From positions 1 through 29,867 of IMG/VR virus record IMGVR_UViG_3300025368_000016: a stretch of 29,867 nt of DNA. One strand, written 5' to 3'. The DNA is from a virus (Duplodnaviria; Caudoviricetes). The position numbers and the translations under genes were made by a program. The notes under the pieces are model-generated. The model was not told where the DNA came from, searched no databases, and saw nothing but the letters and a program-made list of their open reading frames with translations. Below are positions 8,880 through 18,109 of this stretch, piece after piece. Within the stretch, counting starts at the first letter, position 1; each line of letters begins with the position of its first letter.

Positions 8880-10597
8880 CACCAACCGCTCACAGACACG
8901 CCGGCCGGAACTGCCGCCGCGGCCGGCGTTGACGCAGACTTCGGCGCGGATTTTGGCGACATTCGATTGAGAAGAGATGCCGCTTCGGGCGACAACATGT
9001 TCGTCTCAGGATCTCGGAAATTCTGCAAGCCGGTGGTGCGTTCGTATTGCCGCTCCAGGCTTTCAAGCTGACCGACCATCAGCCGTTGCAGCACTTCGAT
9101 GCCGCCCAAATTCTGACCCAACGAATTGGCCGCGTTGATAATTGAGGCGGCGTCCTGTCGATCTGCCAAAGCGCCGGAGGACCTGGTCACGGCCCTCACA
9201 ACTTCGTCGGCCACGATGCGGCTTGCGGCAGCAAGGTTGGTCGGCGCCGAGCCGCCAAACGCCTGCTCCCACCGGTTCTTCGCGGCGTTGACGGCGCGCG
9301 TGTCGCCGTTCTTGAGCGCTTCGGCCAAATCCTTGGCCACGTCGAGATGGGACAGCGCCGTGCCGAAACTGCTGACGGTATTTCCCTGCAGCCCGGTGCC
9401 GAAATCCTTGTAGGCTTTGATCGTTGTTGCTGACTCAGCCAAGATTTGAGAATCAGACTTTTTATCGTTGGCCGGATTTCGCCGGGCTTCACGAAGCACC
9501 ATCGCCTGCACACCGCGGCTGGAGGTGTCCGCGATCCGTGACTTGGCTTCCAGGTCAATTCGGCCCGGCGTCCAATCAGGATGTTCAGCCTTGATGTCCG
9601 CCGACACGTCCGCAAGAGTCCTGGCCGTCTCGCTCATCCCGCTTCGGGCGGCCGGTTCGACTTTGGCCCCCGCCGCCTGAACCGCTTGGATTTGATCGTC
9701 CGACAGGTATTTCGTCTCGCCATTGACGACCACGGGTTTGAGAGACGTGGGCGTGTGCTCGGCCTTGAACATCTCCAGCTTGCGCGCATCGGCGCCCCGC
9801 GCGCCCCAAGCGTCCTGCTGCGCCTGCGGCAGATCCTTCCACGCCGGCATGGAGGGATTGGCCGCGCGCTGCTTCTCGTAGAGGTCTTGGCCTTGCATCA
9901 AATTGGCCATCCACTCGGATTTTCGCTCCATAATCTCCTGGCCGACTTGCAACGTGCGAAGCGCCGCCTCGTGCTGCTGAATGCCGAGTTGCGCGTCGCC
10001 GTGCTGCATCTGATACATATTCTGAGCCAGCATGGCCGCAGTCTTGAGGTCCGCCTGCCCCTCGGCCCAATTCTGTTTCATCTTGTCGTAGGCGCGATCG
10101 TAGGCCTGCATCTCCCACTGCGCGTTCTGCACGGCGATCTTGCTGTTCTCTTCCCACGACTGCTTGGCGTCCTCGTAGGCCTTGATGTCGCCCGTGCGAA
10201 TCGCCTTCATCGCCGACGCCGATGCGTTGAGCGCGGTCGTCAGCGGTTGCCGCGTCAGCGCGCCCGCGAGAATGCCGAGAACCGACGCCCACGACCCGAA
10301 CGCCTGGACCGGATTGGCCTCGGGCAGCTTCTTCGTCCACGGATCGACGTGCGGCGCTGTCGGCTCGGGATGCGTCTTGTCGAACGCCGCTTTGTCCGCC
10401 TTGCGCTGATCCGCGAGAGCGTCCTGCTTGACGACCATCTGCTTCATCATCGCCTGCGGCGTGACGGCCGCCACAGTCTTGTCAAGCGGCGTGGTCTTGG
10501 CGCCGTTCAGGGTGGCGGCCGTGTCAGCCGCTTTGACCGGCGCGGCCGGCTGGTCCGCTGTAGCCACATCGGGCGCGGGGGAATCCATCGTGGCCAT
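8879..10597 (-). CDS. Probable internal virion / DNA ejection protein, ~572 aa
   Basis: Ala/Gln-rich helical protein with one hydrophobic segment (FGSWASVLGILAGAL); position matches podovirus ejection genes. Confidence 0.7.
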   Translation of the reverse strand: MATMDSPAPDVATADQPAAPVKAADTAATLNGAKTTPLDKTVAAVTPQAMMKQMVVKQDALADQRKADKAAFDKTHPEPTAPHVDPWTKKLPEANPVQAFGSWASVLGILAGALTRQPLTTALNASASAMKAIRTGDIKAYEDAKQSWEENSKIAVQNAQWEMQAYDRAYDKMKQNWAEGQADLKTAAMLAQNMYQMQHGDAQLGIQQHEAALRTLQVGQEIMERKSEWMANLMQGQDLYEKQRAANPSMPAWKDLPQAQQDAWGARGADARKLEMFKAEHTPTSLKPVVVNGETKYLSDDQIQAVQAAGAKVEPAARSGMSETARTLADVSADIKAEHPDWTPGRIDLEAKSRIADTSSRGVQAMVLREARRNPANDKKSDSQILAESATTIKAYKDFGTGLQGNTVSSFGTALSHLDVAKDLAEALKNGDTRAVNAAKNRWEQAFGGSAPTNLAAASRIVADEVVRAVTRSSGALADRQDAASIINAANSLGQNLGGIEVLQRLMVGQLESLERQYERTTGLQNFRDPETNMLSPEAASLLNRMSPKSAPKSASTPAAAAVPAGVSVSGW

Positions 10598-11088
10598 CAC
10601 GCTGCCCCCGCCAGGCTGGCGACGAACGAGCCGATGGCCTTCTGAAAGGCGTCATCGCCCTGGGTGTTCGTCTGCATGATCTGGCCCAGGATCTGCGCGC
10701 TCATGCCAGTCATTTTCGTGCCGTCCGCGATCATGCCTTGCAACATCTGGTAACTGTTGGCCAACCGCTGATCGGCGTTTGACTGCAGCGACTGCGACTC
10801 CATGGTGGAGCCACCAAGGCCCATCTGAGAGTAAGACGACCGCACTGCGGCGTCGGCGGCGTTCTGCTGCTGGTTGAGCAACGCCGTGGCGCTCGGCGGC
10901 AAAGCGCCCATCGTGCCCTGGCCCAACAGTTGCGCGCCCTGGGTTCCGAGCAAATTCGCCTGCGTCTGCAGCTGCGCCTCACCTTTTGGCGCTTGATTGC
11001 CGCGCGCCGCGGCCAGCCCGAGCCCGAGGCCGCCGAGCACGGTCTGGGGGGTCGCGTAATTGCCGAGAGTGCTGAGAACGTCCGACAT
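10597..11088 (-). CDS. Small ejection/pilot-like protein, 163 aa, paralog of the C-terminal domain of 11098..12432
   Basis: AGGAG SD; Gln/Gly/Ala-rich; shares YSQMGL.GSTMESQ with its neighbour. Confidence 0.75.
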   Translation of the reverse strand: MSDVLSTLGNYATPQTVLGGLGLGLAAARGNQAPKGEAQLQTQANLLGTQGAQLLGQGTMGALPPSATALLNQQQNAADAAVRSSYSQMGLGGSTMESQSLQSNADQRLANSYQMLQGMIADGTKMTGMSAQILGQIMQTNTQGDDAFQKAIGSFVASLAGAA

Positions 11089-11097
11089 GAATTCTCC

Positions 11098-12432
11098 TTA
11101 CAGCGCCGACCCGGCCAGCGCACCTGCGAAGTTGCCGACCGCGCTGCCGAGAGCGTTCGATTGCTGCGCGTTGGTCTGCATGACCTGCGTCAACGCCGTG
11201 TTCGCCGCCTGCTCCATACTCATGCCCTGGGCCAGCAGGTTCTGCATGATCGTGTAGCCCTGGGAGGCCACGCGTTGATCGACGCCGGACAGGGCTTGCG
11301 ACTCCATCGTGGACCCGGCCAAGCCCATCTGCGAATACTGCGACTTGATCTGCGCCTTCATGGAATCGGCGGCCAGATTGAGTTGCGCCTGAGCGGCGGG
11401 CGGCAGGGCGTTGTTAAGCGACGAGTTGATGAGGTTGTTGCCCTGCGTGGCCAGCAGATTGGCTTGCGTCGTGAGCGGCGCCTGGCCCTTGACCGGTTGG
11501 TTGCCGTTCAACGCAGAAAGCCCCAGGCCGAGGCCCGCGACCGCCAATTTGGCATCTGACATCAGGCTGCTCTTGCCGCCGCTTGCCCCGGCGCCTCCCG
11601 CCCCGCTCGCACCGTCAGGCGACAGAGGGTTGGCGGGCTGCGGCGTGATGCCGAGCGCGGCCTGCAACGTGGACGGCTGCGGCGCGGTGCCGCCCAGCTG
11701 CTCGCCGAACGTCTGACCGGTGGTGGTCGGCCCCTGGTAGGCCAAGGTCTGGTCCAGCGTCAGGTTCTGCCCGGTGATCGGGTTGTTCACAAGGGTGGGG
11801 CCTTCCGGCACGCCCGCGCCAAGTGTGGCGGCTGTCCCGGCGGGCGTGCCCGCGCTCGCTCCCAGCGTGGCCGCCGTGTTGGCCGGTGCCGTCAGACTCG
11901 CGATCGGGTCGGGCGTCGGTGCCGTTGCGGCAAGATCAGTCGCGGTCGCAGGCACGCCCGCGGTGAGATCCGCCGGCAACGCACTCGACGCCGCGCCCGT
12001 GCCTCCCGCCACCGGAGCTGTGGACGCGGCCGACGCGCCGCCGGTCGGGGCGGTCGCTGCGGCCAGGCCGCCTGAGATGGCCCCGCCGATCGCACCCTGG
12101 CCGATATTGGTACCGGTGATCGCAGACCCCAGCGCCCCGGCGCCTGCGCCCAGCGCCGCTTCGCCGATGCCGCCCACGACGCCGCCGCCGAGAGCGCTGG
12201 ACAGCGCGCCGCCTGCGCCGCCAAGCACGCCCCCCGTGATTGCCCCGCCCAAAGCGCCTTTGGCCGGATCGCCACCCGCAATCGCCGCTTCGCCTGCGCC
12301 AAGACCGCCGCCGATCAGCGCGCCTGCGCCAACGTCACCAACGATACCGGCTGTTGCCGCGCCCGCTCCCAGAGCGCTCGCCCCGGCGGCAACCGTGTCA
12401 GCGATGGTAGCCACAATGGCGCTGATCCCCAC
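11098..12432 (-). CDS. Gly/Ala-rich pilot/ejection-like protein, 444 aa
   Basis: N-terminal glycine-zipper-like GxxxG repeats, Pro/Thr linker, Gln-rich C-terminal domain; follows the GNAT genes as in T7/P22-like gene orders. Confidence 0.75.
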   Translation of the reverse strand: MGISAIVATIADTVAAGASALGAGAATAGIVGDVGAGALIGGGLGAGEAAIAGGDPAKGALGGAITGGVLGGAGGALSSALGGGVVGGIGEAALGAGAGALGSAITGTNIGQGAIGGAISGGLAAATAPTGGASAASTAPVAGGTGAASSALPADLTAGVPATATDLAATAPTPDPIASLTAPANTAATLGASAGTPAGTAATLGAGVPEGPTLVNNPITGQNLTLDQTLAYQGPTTTGQTFGEQLGGTAPQPSTLQAALGITPQPANPLSPDGASGAGGAGASGGKSSLMSDAKLAVAGLGLGLSALNGNQPVKGQAPLTTQANLLATQGNNLINSSLNNALPPAAQAQLNLAADSMKAQIKSQYSQMGLAGSTMESQALSGVDQRVASQGYTIMQNLLAQGMSMEQAANTALTQVMQTNAQQSNALGSAVGNFAGALAGSAL

Positions 12433-12433
12433 G

Positions 12434-12895
12434 TCACGGCCCCCTGTTCAGAACTTTGGCGTGACCAACCTCGATCGGCTTGTGGCCGAGGTATCCCATC
12501 ACCCGAGCAAGCGCCGGATGTTCCAACTTGCTGGTCGTGTGCATCACGTGAACGCCCTCCGCCGTCAACTGCGCCTCGGCAAACGCCTGCAGTCGGACGC
12601 CGCATGTGCCCCGGCGAGCAGCCGGCGCCAGGTAGATGATATCTGACACAGCCCAGATGTTGTTCGCGTAGTGGAGATGCGGCCGAACGAAATAAATGGA
12701 GTAGCCGGCCAGCGCCCCTTCACGCCGCGCGGTGTAGAGCCGCAACAGGCCCGCAGCGTCGAGATGCAGATAGGCGGCGTAGTCCGGGCTTAGCGCGATG
12801 AAATCGCGATTGCGGGCGATCTCCTGCCAGTGCTCTTGCAGCAGCGGCTTGATCTCGTCCAGGGCGTCAGCCAGCCGCTCTTGAGCAAACTCCAC
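12434..12895 (-). CDS. GNAT-family acetyltransferase, 153 aa
   Basis: Motif-A-like IYLAPAARRGTCGVRLQAFAE; GAGGAG SD before the GTG start. Confidence 0.8.
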   Translation of the reverse strand: MEFAQERLADALDEIKPLLQEHWQEIARNRDFIALSPDYAAYLHLDAAGLLRLYTARREGALAGYSIYFVRPHLHYANNIWAVSDIIYLAPAARRGTCGVRLQAFAEAQLTAEGVHVMHTTSKLEHPALARVMGYLGHKPIEVGHAKVLNRGP

Positions 12896-12907
12896 GATGC
12901 ACGCTCC

Positions 12908-13402
12908 TCAAGCGTCGATATACCACATCTTCTGCTCTTGCAGGTCGGGGAACAGCGCCCGCAGATCGTCCATGGGAGCGCCCGGGCTGTCCCAGAACCG
13001 GAACCGGCCAGCGTTGTTCATCCGCATCCAGGCAGCGAAGTGCTTGTAGATTTCCAGGCCCTCGGGCTTGTATTGCCGGCCCGGCCGCACGTAGAGAAAC
13101 ACTTCCTGGACGGTGGCGATCGGGCTCATCGGCTCAAACGACAGCATCGCCAGACCCACCGCGTTGTCGGTGCAGACGAAGCTGTAGTTGTTGTCCGTGG
13201 ACCACTGCCGCATCCAGCGATAGATCATCTCGCGGCCCGGATCGCCAAAATCCTGCTGGATCATCGGAATGATCCAGGCGGCGCACTGGTCAATATCGAC
13301 CGACGTGACCCGGCGCACCGTCTGCTTGATCGGCGAGGTGTCGAACACCGGCCCGTCTTCGGGCGTGGCAACCTCGGCAAAGCGTCGTTTGGTCGCGCTC
13401 AT
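12908..13402 (-). CDS. GNAT-fold-like protein, 164 aa (divergent)
   Basis: VRRVTSVDID N-terminal strand and EVFLYVRPGRQYKPEGLEIYKHFAAW resemble a GNAT core with an altered acetyl-CoA loop. Confidence 0.55.
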   Translation of the reverse strand: MSATKRRFAEVATPEDGPVFDTSPIKQTVRRVTSVDIDQCAAWIIPMIQQDFGDPGREMIYRWMRQWSTDNNYSFVCTDNAVGLAMLSFEPMSPIATVQEVFLYVRPGRQYKPEGLEIYKHFAAWMRMNNAGRFRFWDSPGAPMDDLRALFPDLQEQKMWYIDA

Positions 13403-13418
13403 GTGATCTCCACGGGGC

Positions 13419-13760
13419 TCACGAAAGCCCCAGCTTGTTGCTGGCCTGAACGTGCTCCTGGGCGTGCAACCAAACCCACGCCGCGACCTGCTCAGGGCTG
13501 TTGAAGTCTACGTCACTGAGGTCATTGCCCGCAATGCCCAAGACGGCGTTGGTGCGCGAGTGGATGTCTTGGTGCAACTGCAGCCAATTCTCGCGGCCGT
13601 TGTTGTCTAACGAGATGGGGTCCAGCACGTAGGTGGGCAGCTGGAGGCCGGTCTTTTCCAAGATCGCTTGGTTCTGCCGCACATGCAGATCCGCGTTGGC
13701 AAACGAAAACTGGTTCATGCCGACGCGATCTCGGAACACGTTGAAGAGGGTCGCCAGCAT
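13419..13760 (-). CDS. Hypothetical protein, 113 aa
   Basis: ATG at 13760 in a TGATG overlap (MLATLFNVFRDRVGMNQF...). Repeated WLxLH motifs (WLQLHQDIH, WLHAQEH). Confidence 0.75.
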   Translation of the reverse strand: MLATLFNVFRDRVGMNQFSFANADLHVRQNQAILEKTGLQLPTYVLDPISLDNNGRENWLQLHQDIHSRTNAVLGIAGNDLSDVDFNSPEQVAAWVWLHAQEHVQASNKLGLS

Positions 13761-14464
13761 CAGCCGTAGACCCAGGCAGCGCCGTTGCAGAACACCGGCA
13801 TGACGTTGCTGCCGCCCCCGGCCAGCGCCGCCCCAACCGATGCCGTCGCAGCGCTGGCGTCCGTCACGTAGGCCCGGCTGCCGCGCAGCGCGGTCGAGGC
13901 CGCGGGCAGCGTGGCCACGGTGTAGGCGGTCGTGGTCTGAAACGTCGCTGCCGCGATGGCCGCGCCGGTCGCCCGGACCACGCTGCCCGTGCCGGTGCTG
14001 GCAACCCCCGTGATCGCCGTGCCACTGCTCCACTGCGCCAACTGCCCGCTCGTCGGGCTGCCCGAGATGGCCGCGGCGTTGGCGTTGGAGTTCAGATGAA
14101 ACCCTCCGGCGCCGCTGTTGAGCGCCGCATCATAGACCAGGTAGAAAACGTTGCCGGCCACCAGCTCGCCGCCGGCCAGCGCCACCGGGCCCGCGCCAGT
14201 GTCCTTGTAGACCGGCAGCGCGGTCAGGCTGTTCACCTGGGCGGTCGCCGCGCCCGTGTTGGTTGACGCCACGACGCCCGAGAACGCGCCGTAATCCGCA
14301 TACGCGGTCACGGTGGGCGTGTTCGTCTGTGGCGCCAGAATGATCGCGTTCGTGCCGCTGACTGCGCACGGAATCGGCGTGAGGGCTCCCAACGCGGCGA
14401 AATTGCTGTCGAGGTAGGAGAGCTGCGCCGTCGTCAGATTGGCAAAAGTGTAGGGCAGTGACAT
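13760..14464 (-). CDS. Tail-associated structural protein (short fibre/spike-like), 234 aa
   Basis: GAGG SD. N-terminal PYTFAN...LDSNF anchor-like motif; C-terminal YTVATLP...AYVTDA...PVFCNGAAW motif typical of phage fibre tips. Confidence 0.75.
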   Translation of the reverse strand: MSLPYTFANLTTAQLSYLDSNFAALGALTPIPCAVSGTNAIILAPQTNTPTVTAYADYGAFSGVVASTNTGAATAQVNSLTALPVYKDTGAGPVALAGGELVAGNVFYLVYDAALNSGAGGFHLNSNANAAAISGSPTSGQLAQWSSGTAITGVASTGTGSVVRATGAAIAAATFQTTTAYTVATLPAASTALRGSRAYVTDASAATASVGAALAGGGSNVMPVFCNGAAWVYG

Positions 14465-14471
14465 GGAAACC

Positions 14472-16565
14472 TCACAACAGCGATTGGTAGTCTTGGACCA
14501 CGGCTGAGACGGAGATCACCGTCATATCCGGCGCCTGCGTCTGCACCGTCATGCCGATCAGCGATCCCGGTTGCGTGGCCGCGTAGCCCGTCACCACGAG
14601 GCCCGCCCGGGCCCAGGCGACGACCGCCGACGACGCGTTGATCCAAGTCACGGTAGCTCCGCTGGCGTTCGTCCAGACCACGACCGGAGAGGCCTGCACG
14701 AACGTGGTTGACGTGCCGGTGACGCCGTTGTCAAGCGCAATGTTGAATGGCTGCGCGGACGGCTGGACGAAATTCAGCAGGGAGAACACCCGATTTGCCA
14801 TCTTGACGAAAAAGTAGGTCGGCTTCTGGTAGAGCTTCGACTGCGCGGTCTTGACCAGAGTCGTGGACGGCGTTTGAAACAGCGGGTAGATCGCCGTGCC
14901 GTCTGTGCCGTACGCGGTCATCTCAGAATTGATCTCTTGCGTCGCGACGTAGGTGAGGTTGACCTCCTGGCTGCTGGTCCACCAGCGCTTGCCGTCCCAC
15001 ATCAGCAGCTTGTTCGCCGGCTGGCCGGTCACTTGGTCAATGATCGGCAACAGCAGCATGTAGACGTGGATGCCGAACACGACCGCCACGGCTGCGCTGG
15101 GCGTGGACAGGCCATTGCCTGAAAAAGAGGCAACTGACCCATAGATGCCGTCAAGCGGCGTCGAGACTTTGGTGACGGCGCCGCCATAGGCCACGTGGAC
15201 GCCGAAAGAATTGGCAAAAATGACGTTCCGAGAGAACACCTGCACGCTTCCTGGCCAGGACGATCCAATCTGCGGATCGACGTTCTGGTTGGCGAAAGTT
15301 GTGGTCGGCGGCGTGCCGCTGGTGTTGACGCCAGAGATGTAGTTCAGCGAGCTGTCGGCCAGCGTGTAGAGGAACCCGTTCGACTGCTTGAGCGACGTGA
15401 AGCCGATCTTGAGAAACGAATTGTAGGACGGGAACGCGCCGCCGCCGTCCGCCGTCGAGAAGTCCGAAGGCGACTCAGGCGCCGTGAACAAGATCCGGTA
15501 GCCGTCGCCGACCCAGACCTGGTTCTGATACGTCTCCACCGTTGTGCCCGCCACGCCAAACGGCATGATAGCCACGGTTGCCCGCGCCACCGTGTTGTTC
15601 GCGTCCGTCACGTAGACGGTGGGCGGCGAGGAATAGGTCTGCCCGCCGTTGGTGATCGTGAACCCCGTGACCTGCCCGCCCGAGATCGTCGGCGTGGCCT
15701 GGGCGCCGTAGCCGCCACCGCCCTCGATCGTCACGGTTGACGTTGAGGTATAGCCGGCGCCGCCGTTGAGCACGTTGATGGCGGTCACGGAGCCAGAAGT
15801 CAGGACGGCCTGGCAGATGGCCGTCGAATAACCGCCGCCGCCCGAAAACGCGAGGTAGAGCACGTCGTAGTAGGAGTAGCCAGACCCGGGGTTCGTGACG
15901 TTGATTGTGGCGATCGCGCCGTCCTGCACCGTCGCCGTGAACGTGGCGCCGCTGCCCGTGCCGCCGACCGCGGTGATCGTTCCCGAAAACCCGCCGCCCG
16001 ACCCGTAGCCGAAACCGCCGCTCTGAATGCTGACGGTGGGGCCGATGCTGCCTGCCCGGTAGAACAGCGTGCCGTCCCACAGATAGTAGCCGTTGCCGAC
16101 CGTCTGGCCGTACGGCGTGCCGCCGGCCGGAGCGTTCGTGATGATGAAATACTGGCTGCCCCATTGCGAGACGCCGATGGACAGCGGGGACACGTACGCC
16201 AGGGTGCCAGCCGAGGCCACCGAGACCGTATCGCGCGTGCTGGTGTTCACGGCCACGATGCTGCCGTCCGACAAGAACACCAGGCAGTAAGGCGTGGAGG
16301 CGATGTTGCCGAACCAGTGCATGATGACCGCAAGGCCGGACGGCGCCGTGTAGAGCGCCCCGCCAATGCCATATAGCGTGCGGAGGTTGTTCTTCCCGAA
16401 CGGCATGAAGCCATCACAGATGTACATCTGGTCGTCTTCGATGGCCGGACGCGAAGGCTTGGTGTTCAACGTCTCGAAACCGTCGAACACCAGGTCCATG
16501 GCGTTTTCGGGCAGACCGATCTGCGATTGAGGCGAGCCGGGCAGGCCTCCGGTTGACTCGCTCAT
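14472..16565 (-). CDS. Tail nozzle / tubular protein B-like (P22 gp10-like position) with inserted Gly-rich repeats, 697 aa
   Basis: Size, beta-rich composition and position after the adaptor genes; internal INVTNPGSGY / NGGAGYT repeats. Confidence 0.7.
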   Translation of the reverse strand: MSESTGGLPGSPQSQIGLPENAMDLVFDGFETLNTKPSRPAIEDDQMYICDGFMPFGKNNLRTLYGIGGALYTAPSGLAVIMHWFGNIASTPYCLVFLSDGSIVAVNTSTRDTVSVASAGTLAYVSPLSIGVSQWGSQYFIITNAPAGGTPYGQTVGNGYYLWDGTLFYRAGSIGPTVSIQSGGFGYGSGGGFSGTITAVGGTGSGATFTATVQDGAIATINVTNPGSGYSYYDVLYLAFSGGGGYSTAICQAVLTSGSVTAINVLNGGAGYTSTSTVTIEGGGGYGAQATPTISGGQVTGFTITNGGQTYSSPPTVYVTDANNTVARATVAIMPFGVAGTTVETYQNQVWVGDGYRILFTAPESPSDFSTADGGGAFPSYNSFLKIGFTSLKQSNGFLYTLADSSLNYISGVNTSGTPPTTTFANQNVDPQIGSSWPGSVQVFSRNVIFANSFGVHVAYGGAVTKVSTPLDGIYGSVASFSGNGLSTPSAAVAVVFGIHVYMLLLPIIDQVTGQPANKLLMWDGKRWWTSSQEVNLTYVATQEINSEMTAYGTDGTAIYPLFQTPSTTLVKTAQSKLYQKPTYFFVKMANRVFSLLNFVQPSAQPFNIALDNGVTGTSTTFVQASPVVVWTNASGATVTWINASSAVVAWARAGLVVTGYAATQPGSLIGMTVQTQAPDMTVISVSAVVQDYQSLL

Positions 16566-16577
16566 GAGAAGACCCTG

Positions 16578-16614
16578 TTGACTAATCCTCTAAAAGCTTT
16601 TAAAGGATTTTCAA
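16578..16614 (+). promoter_or_regulatory. Putative promoter with overlapping palindrome upstream of the HNH gene
   Basis: TTGACT (16578-83), 17-bp spacer, TAAAGG. Palindrome AATCCTCTAAAAG/CTTTTAAAGGATT (16584-16609, 1 mismatch). Confidence 0.5.
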
Positions 16615-16639
16615 TCAGCATAGCAGCAAAGGTTTCCGG

Positions 16640-17164
16640 ATGCGAGGTCACAAAAATTCTCATCCTCCAATTTCTGCGGACTTTTTGAGGTCTATTTTGG
16701 AATACTCCGTAGAAACAGGAGAATTTAAATGGATAAAAACTTTGTCTAAGAGAGCAACCGCAGGAAAATTCGCCGGGTTTATTAACAAATCTGGATCTCA
16801 AATTAGAATAAAAATTGGAATTAATGGAGTTGACTATATGGCGCACCGGCTCGCTTGGCTGTACGTCACAGGAAGTTGGCCAGATTTTGAAGTTGACCAC
16901 GTCAATCTCGACGGAACCGACAATCGGTGGGCAAATTTGAGGTTGGCTACGTCTAGCCAAAACCAAAGAAACAGAAGACTGCAATCGAACAACACTAGCG
17001 GCTACAAAGGCGTGCATAAGCTTAAAAACAACGGAAAATTTCTGGCTTACATAAAAGTGCACGGAAAACAAAAACGACTTGGAATTTTTGACACGGCTGA
17101 ACAGGCCTACGAGCATTACGTTGCCGCTGCTGAAGAACTGCACGGGGAATTTTCTAGAATCTAA
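16640..17164 (+). CDS. Free-standing HNH homing endonuclease with C-terminal AP2-like domain, 174 aa
   Basis: AHRLAWLY...VDHVNLDGTDNRWANLR (HNH_3 type) and NNTSGYKGV...LGIFDTAEQA (AP2-like); clearly AT-rich relative to its flanks. Confidence 0.92.
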   Translation: MRGHKNSHPPISADFLRSILEYSVETGEFKWIKTLSKRATAGKFAGFINKSGSQIRIKIGINGVDYMAHRLAWLYVTGSWPDFEVDHVNLDGTDNRWANLRLATSSQNQRNRRLQSNNTSGYKGVHKLKNNGKFLAYIKVHGKQKRLGIFDTAEQAYEHYVAAAEELHGEFSRI

Positions 17165-17170
17165 CACTGC

Positions 17171-18106
17171 TTAGTATCGACCATAGATGTTCGAGACGCG
17201 CCCAGGCGACGCCGCCGACCGATACCGCGGCATCTGCGCGTCGAACAGCTTGCGGTAGTACTCAGCCGAGTTGAGGTTCTGCAGTTCGAGATAGCAATAG
17301 TGGACGGCCAGCCAGACCACGGCCTGCGTCCAGGGGTCGGGAATCGCTTCCACGTCCTGGTCAGTCTGCAGATCCTGCGGCCAGCAATAGCAGTCCAGTT
17401 CCAGCTGATAGACCTGACTCGGCAGCGGGTAGAAATAGAGGCTGCCGGACGCTCCCTGGCCGAACTGCGAGCACATCGTCGGGACGTAGTAGTACTGCCC
17501 CGGATATTGCCGGATCATCGCCTGATAGGTGGACCAGCTGTACTGCGGCAAGGAATACCGGTAGTTGGCGTAGACCAGCGTCACGCCGCGCACGCCGTAG
17601 ACGCCACCGTAGCCCGGGTAAGTCTGCAACGGGATGTCAGCAAAGTTGTAGGACTCCTGATACGGGTTGAGCGTCAGGATCGGTGATGTGGTCGCCATGG
17701 CCGCGGCGCCCGTCCCGGTCGGGTCCGAGATCGTGACAGCCGGCTGAAAATACCCGGCGCCGCCATAGACCACGTCGATGTTCGTGATCGCGCCGCCGAC
17801 GACCGTCGCGGTTGCTGTCGCCTGGGCGCCCGCCGGGTTGAGTGTCATGCCGCTGGGCTCGTCGGGCGCGGAGATGGTGACGGTGGGGCTGGTGTAGCCG
17901 CTCCCGCCCGCAGTCACGGTGATGGTCTCGACGGCGCCGGACGTGGGCGGCAAAGCGCGCAGGCATTGCGACCGCATCGCGACCTCGCGCCGGGCCCGGT
18001 TGATGTAGTCGATCAGCGTCAACGGATTGATTAGGCTCTGATCGGTGTCGCGGATCAGGTGCTGGCAGAGCTTCATGTAGGTGAAAAGCGTCGTTGTCTC
18101 GGCCAC
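17171..18106 (-). CDS. Head-tail adaptor / tubular protein A-like with inserted Gly-rich domain, 311 aa
   Basis: YINRAR...SQFGQG.SG.LY shared with the upstream paralog; position after the capsid genes. Confidence 0.75.
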   Translation of the reverse strand: MAETTTLFTYMKLCQHLIRDTDQSLINPLTLIDYINRARREVAMRSQCLRALPPTSGAVETITVTAGGSGYTSPTVTISAPDEPSGMTLNPAGAQATATATVVGGAITNIDVVYGGAGYFQPAVTISDPTGTGAAAMATTSPILTLNPYQESYNFADIPLQTYPGYGGVYGVRGVTLVYANYRYSLPQYSWSTYQAMIRQYPGQYYYVPTMCSQFGQGASGSLYFYPLPSQVYQLELDCYCWPQDLQTDQDVEAIPDPWTQAVVWLAVHYCYLELQNLNSAEYYRKLFDAQMPRYRSAASPGRVSNIYGRY

Positions 18107-18109
18107 CGA

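Noticed and set aside
16562-17167. Minus-strand 201-aa ORF, or an intron reading of the AT-rich insert
   Set aside because: It is antisense to a canonical HNH-AP2 gene. The flanking genes are complete and separate, and I see no group I or II intron core.
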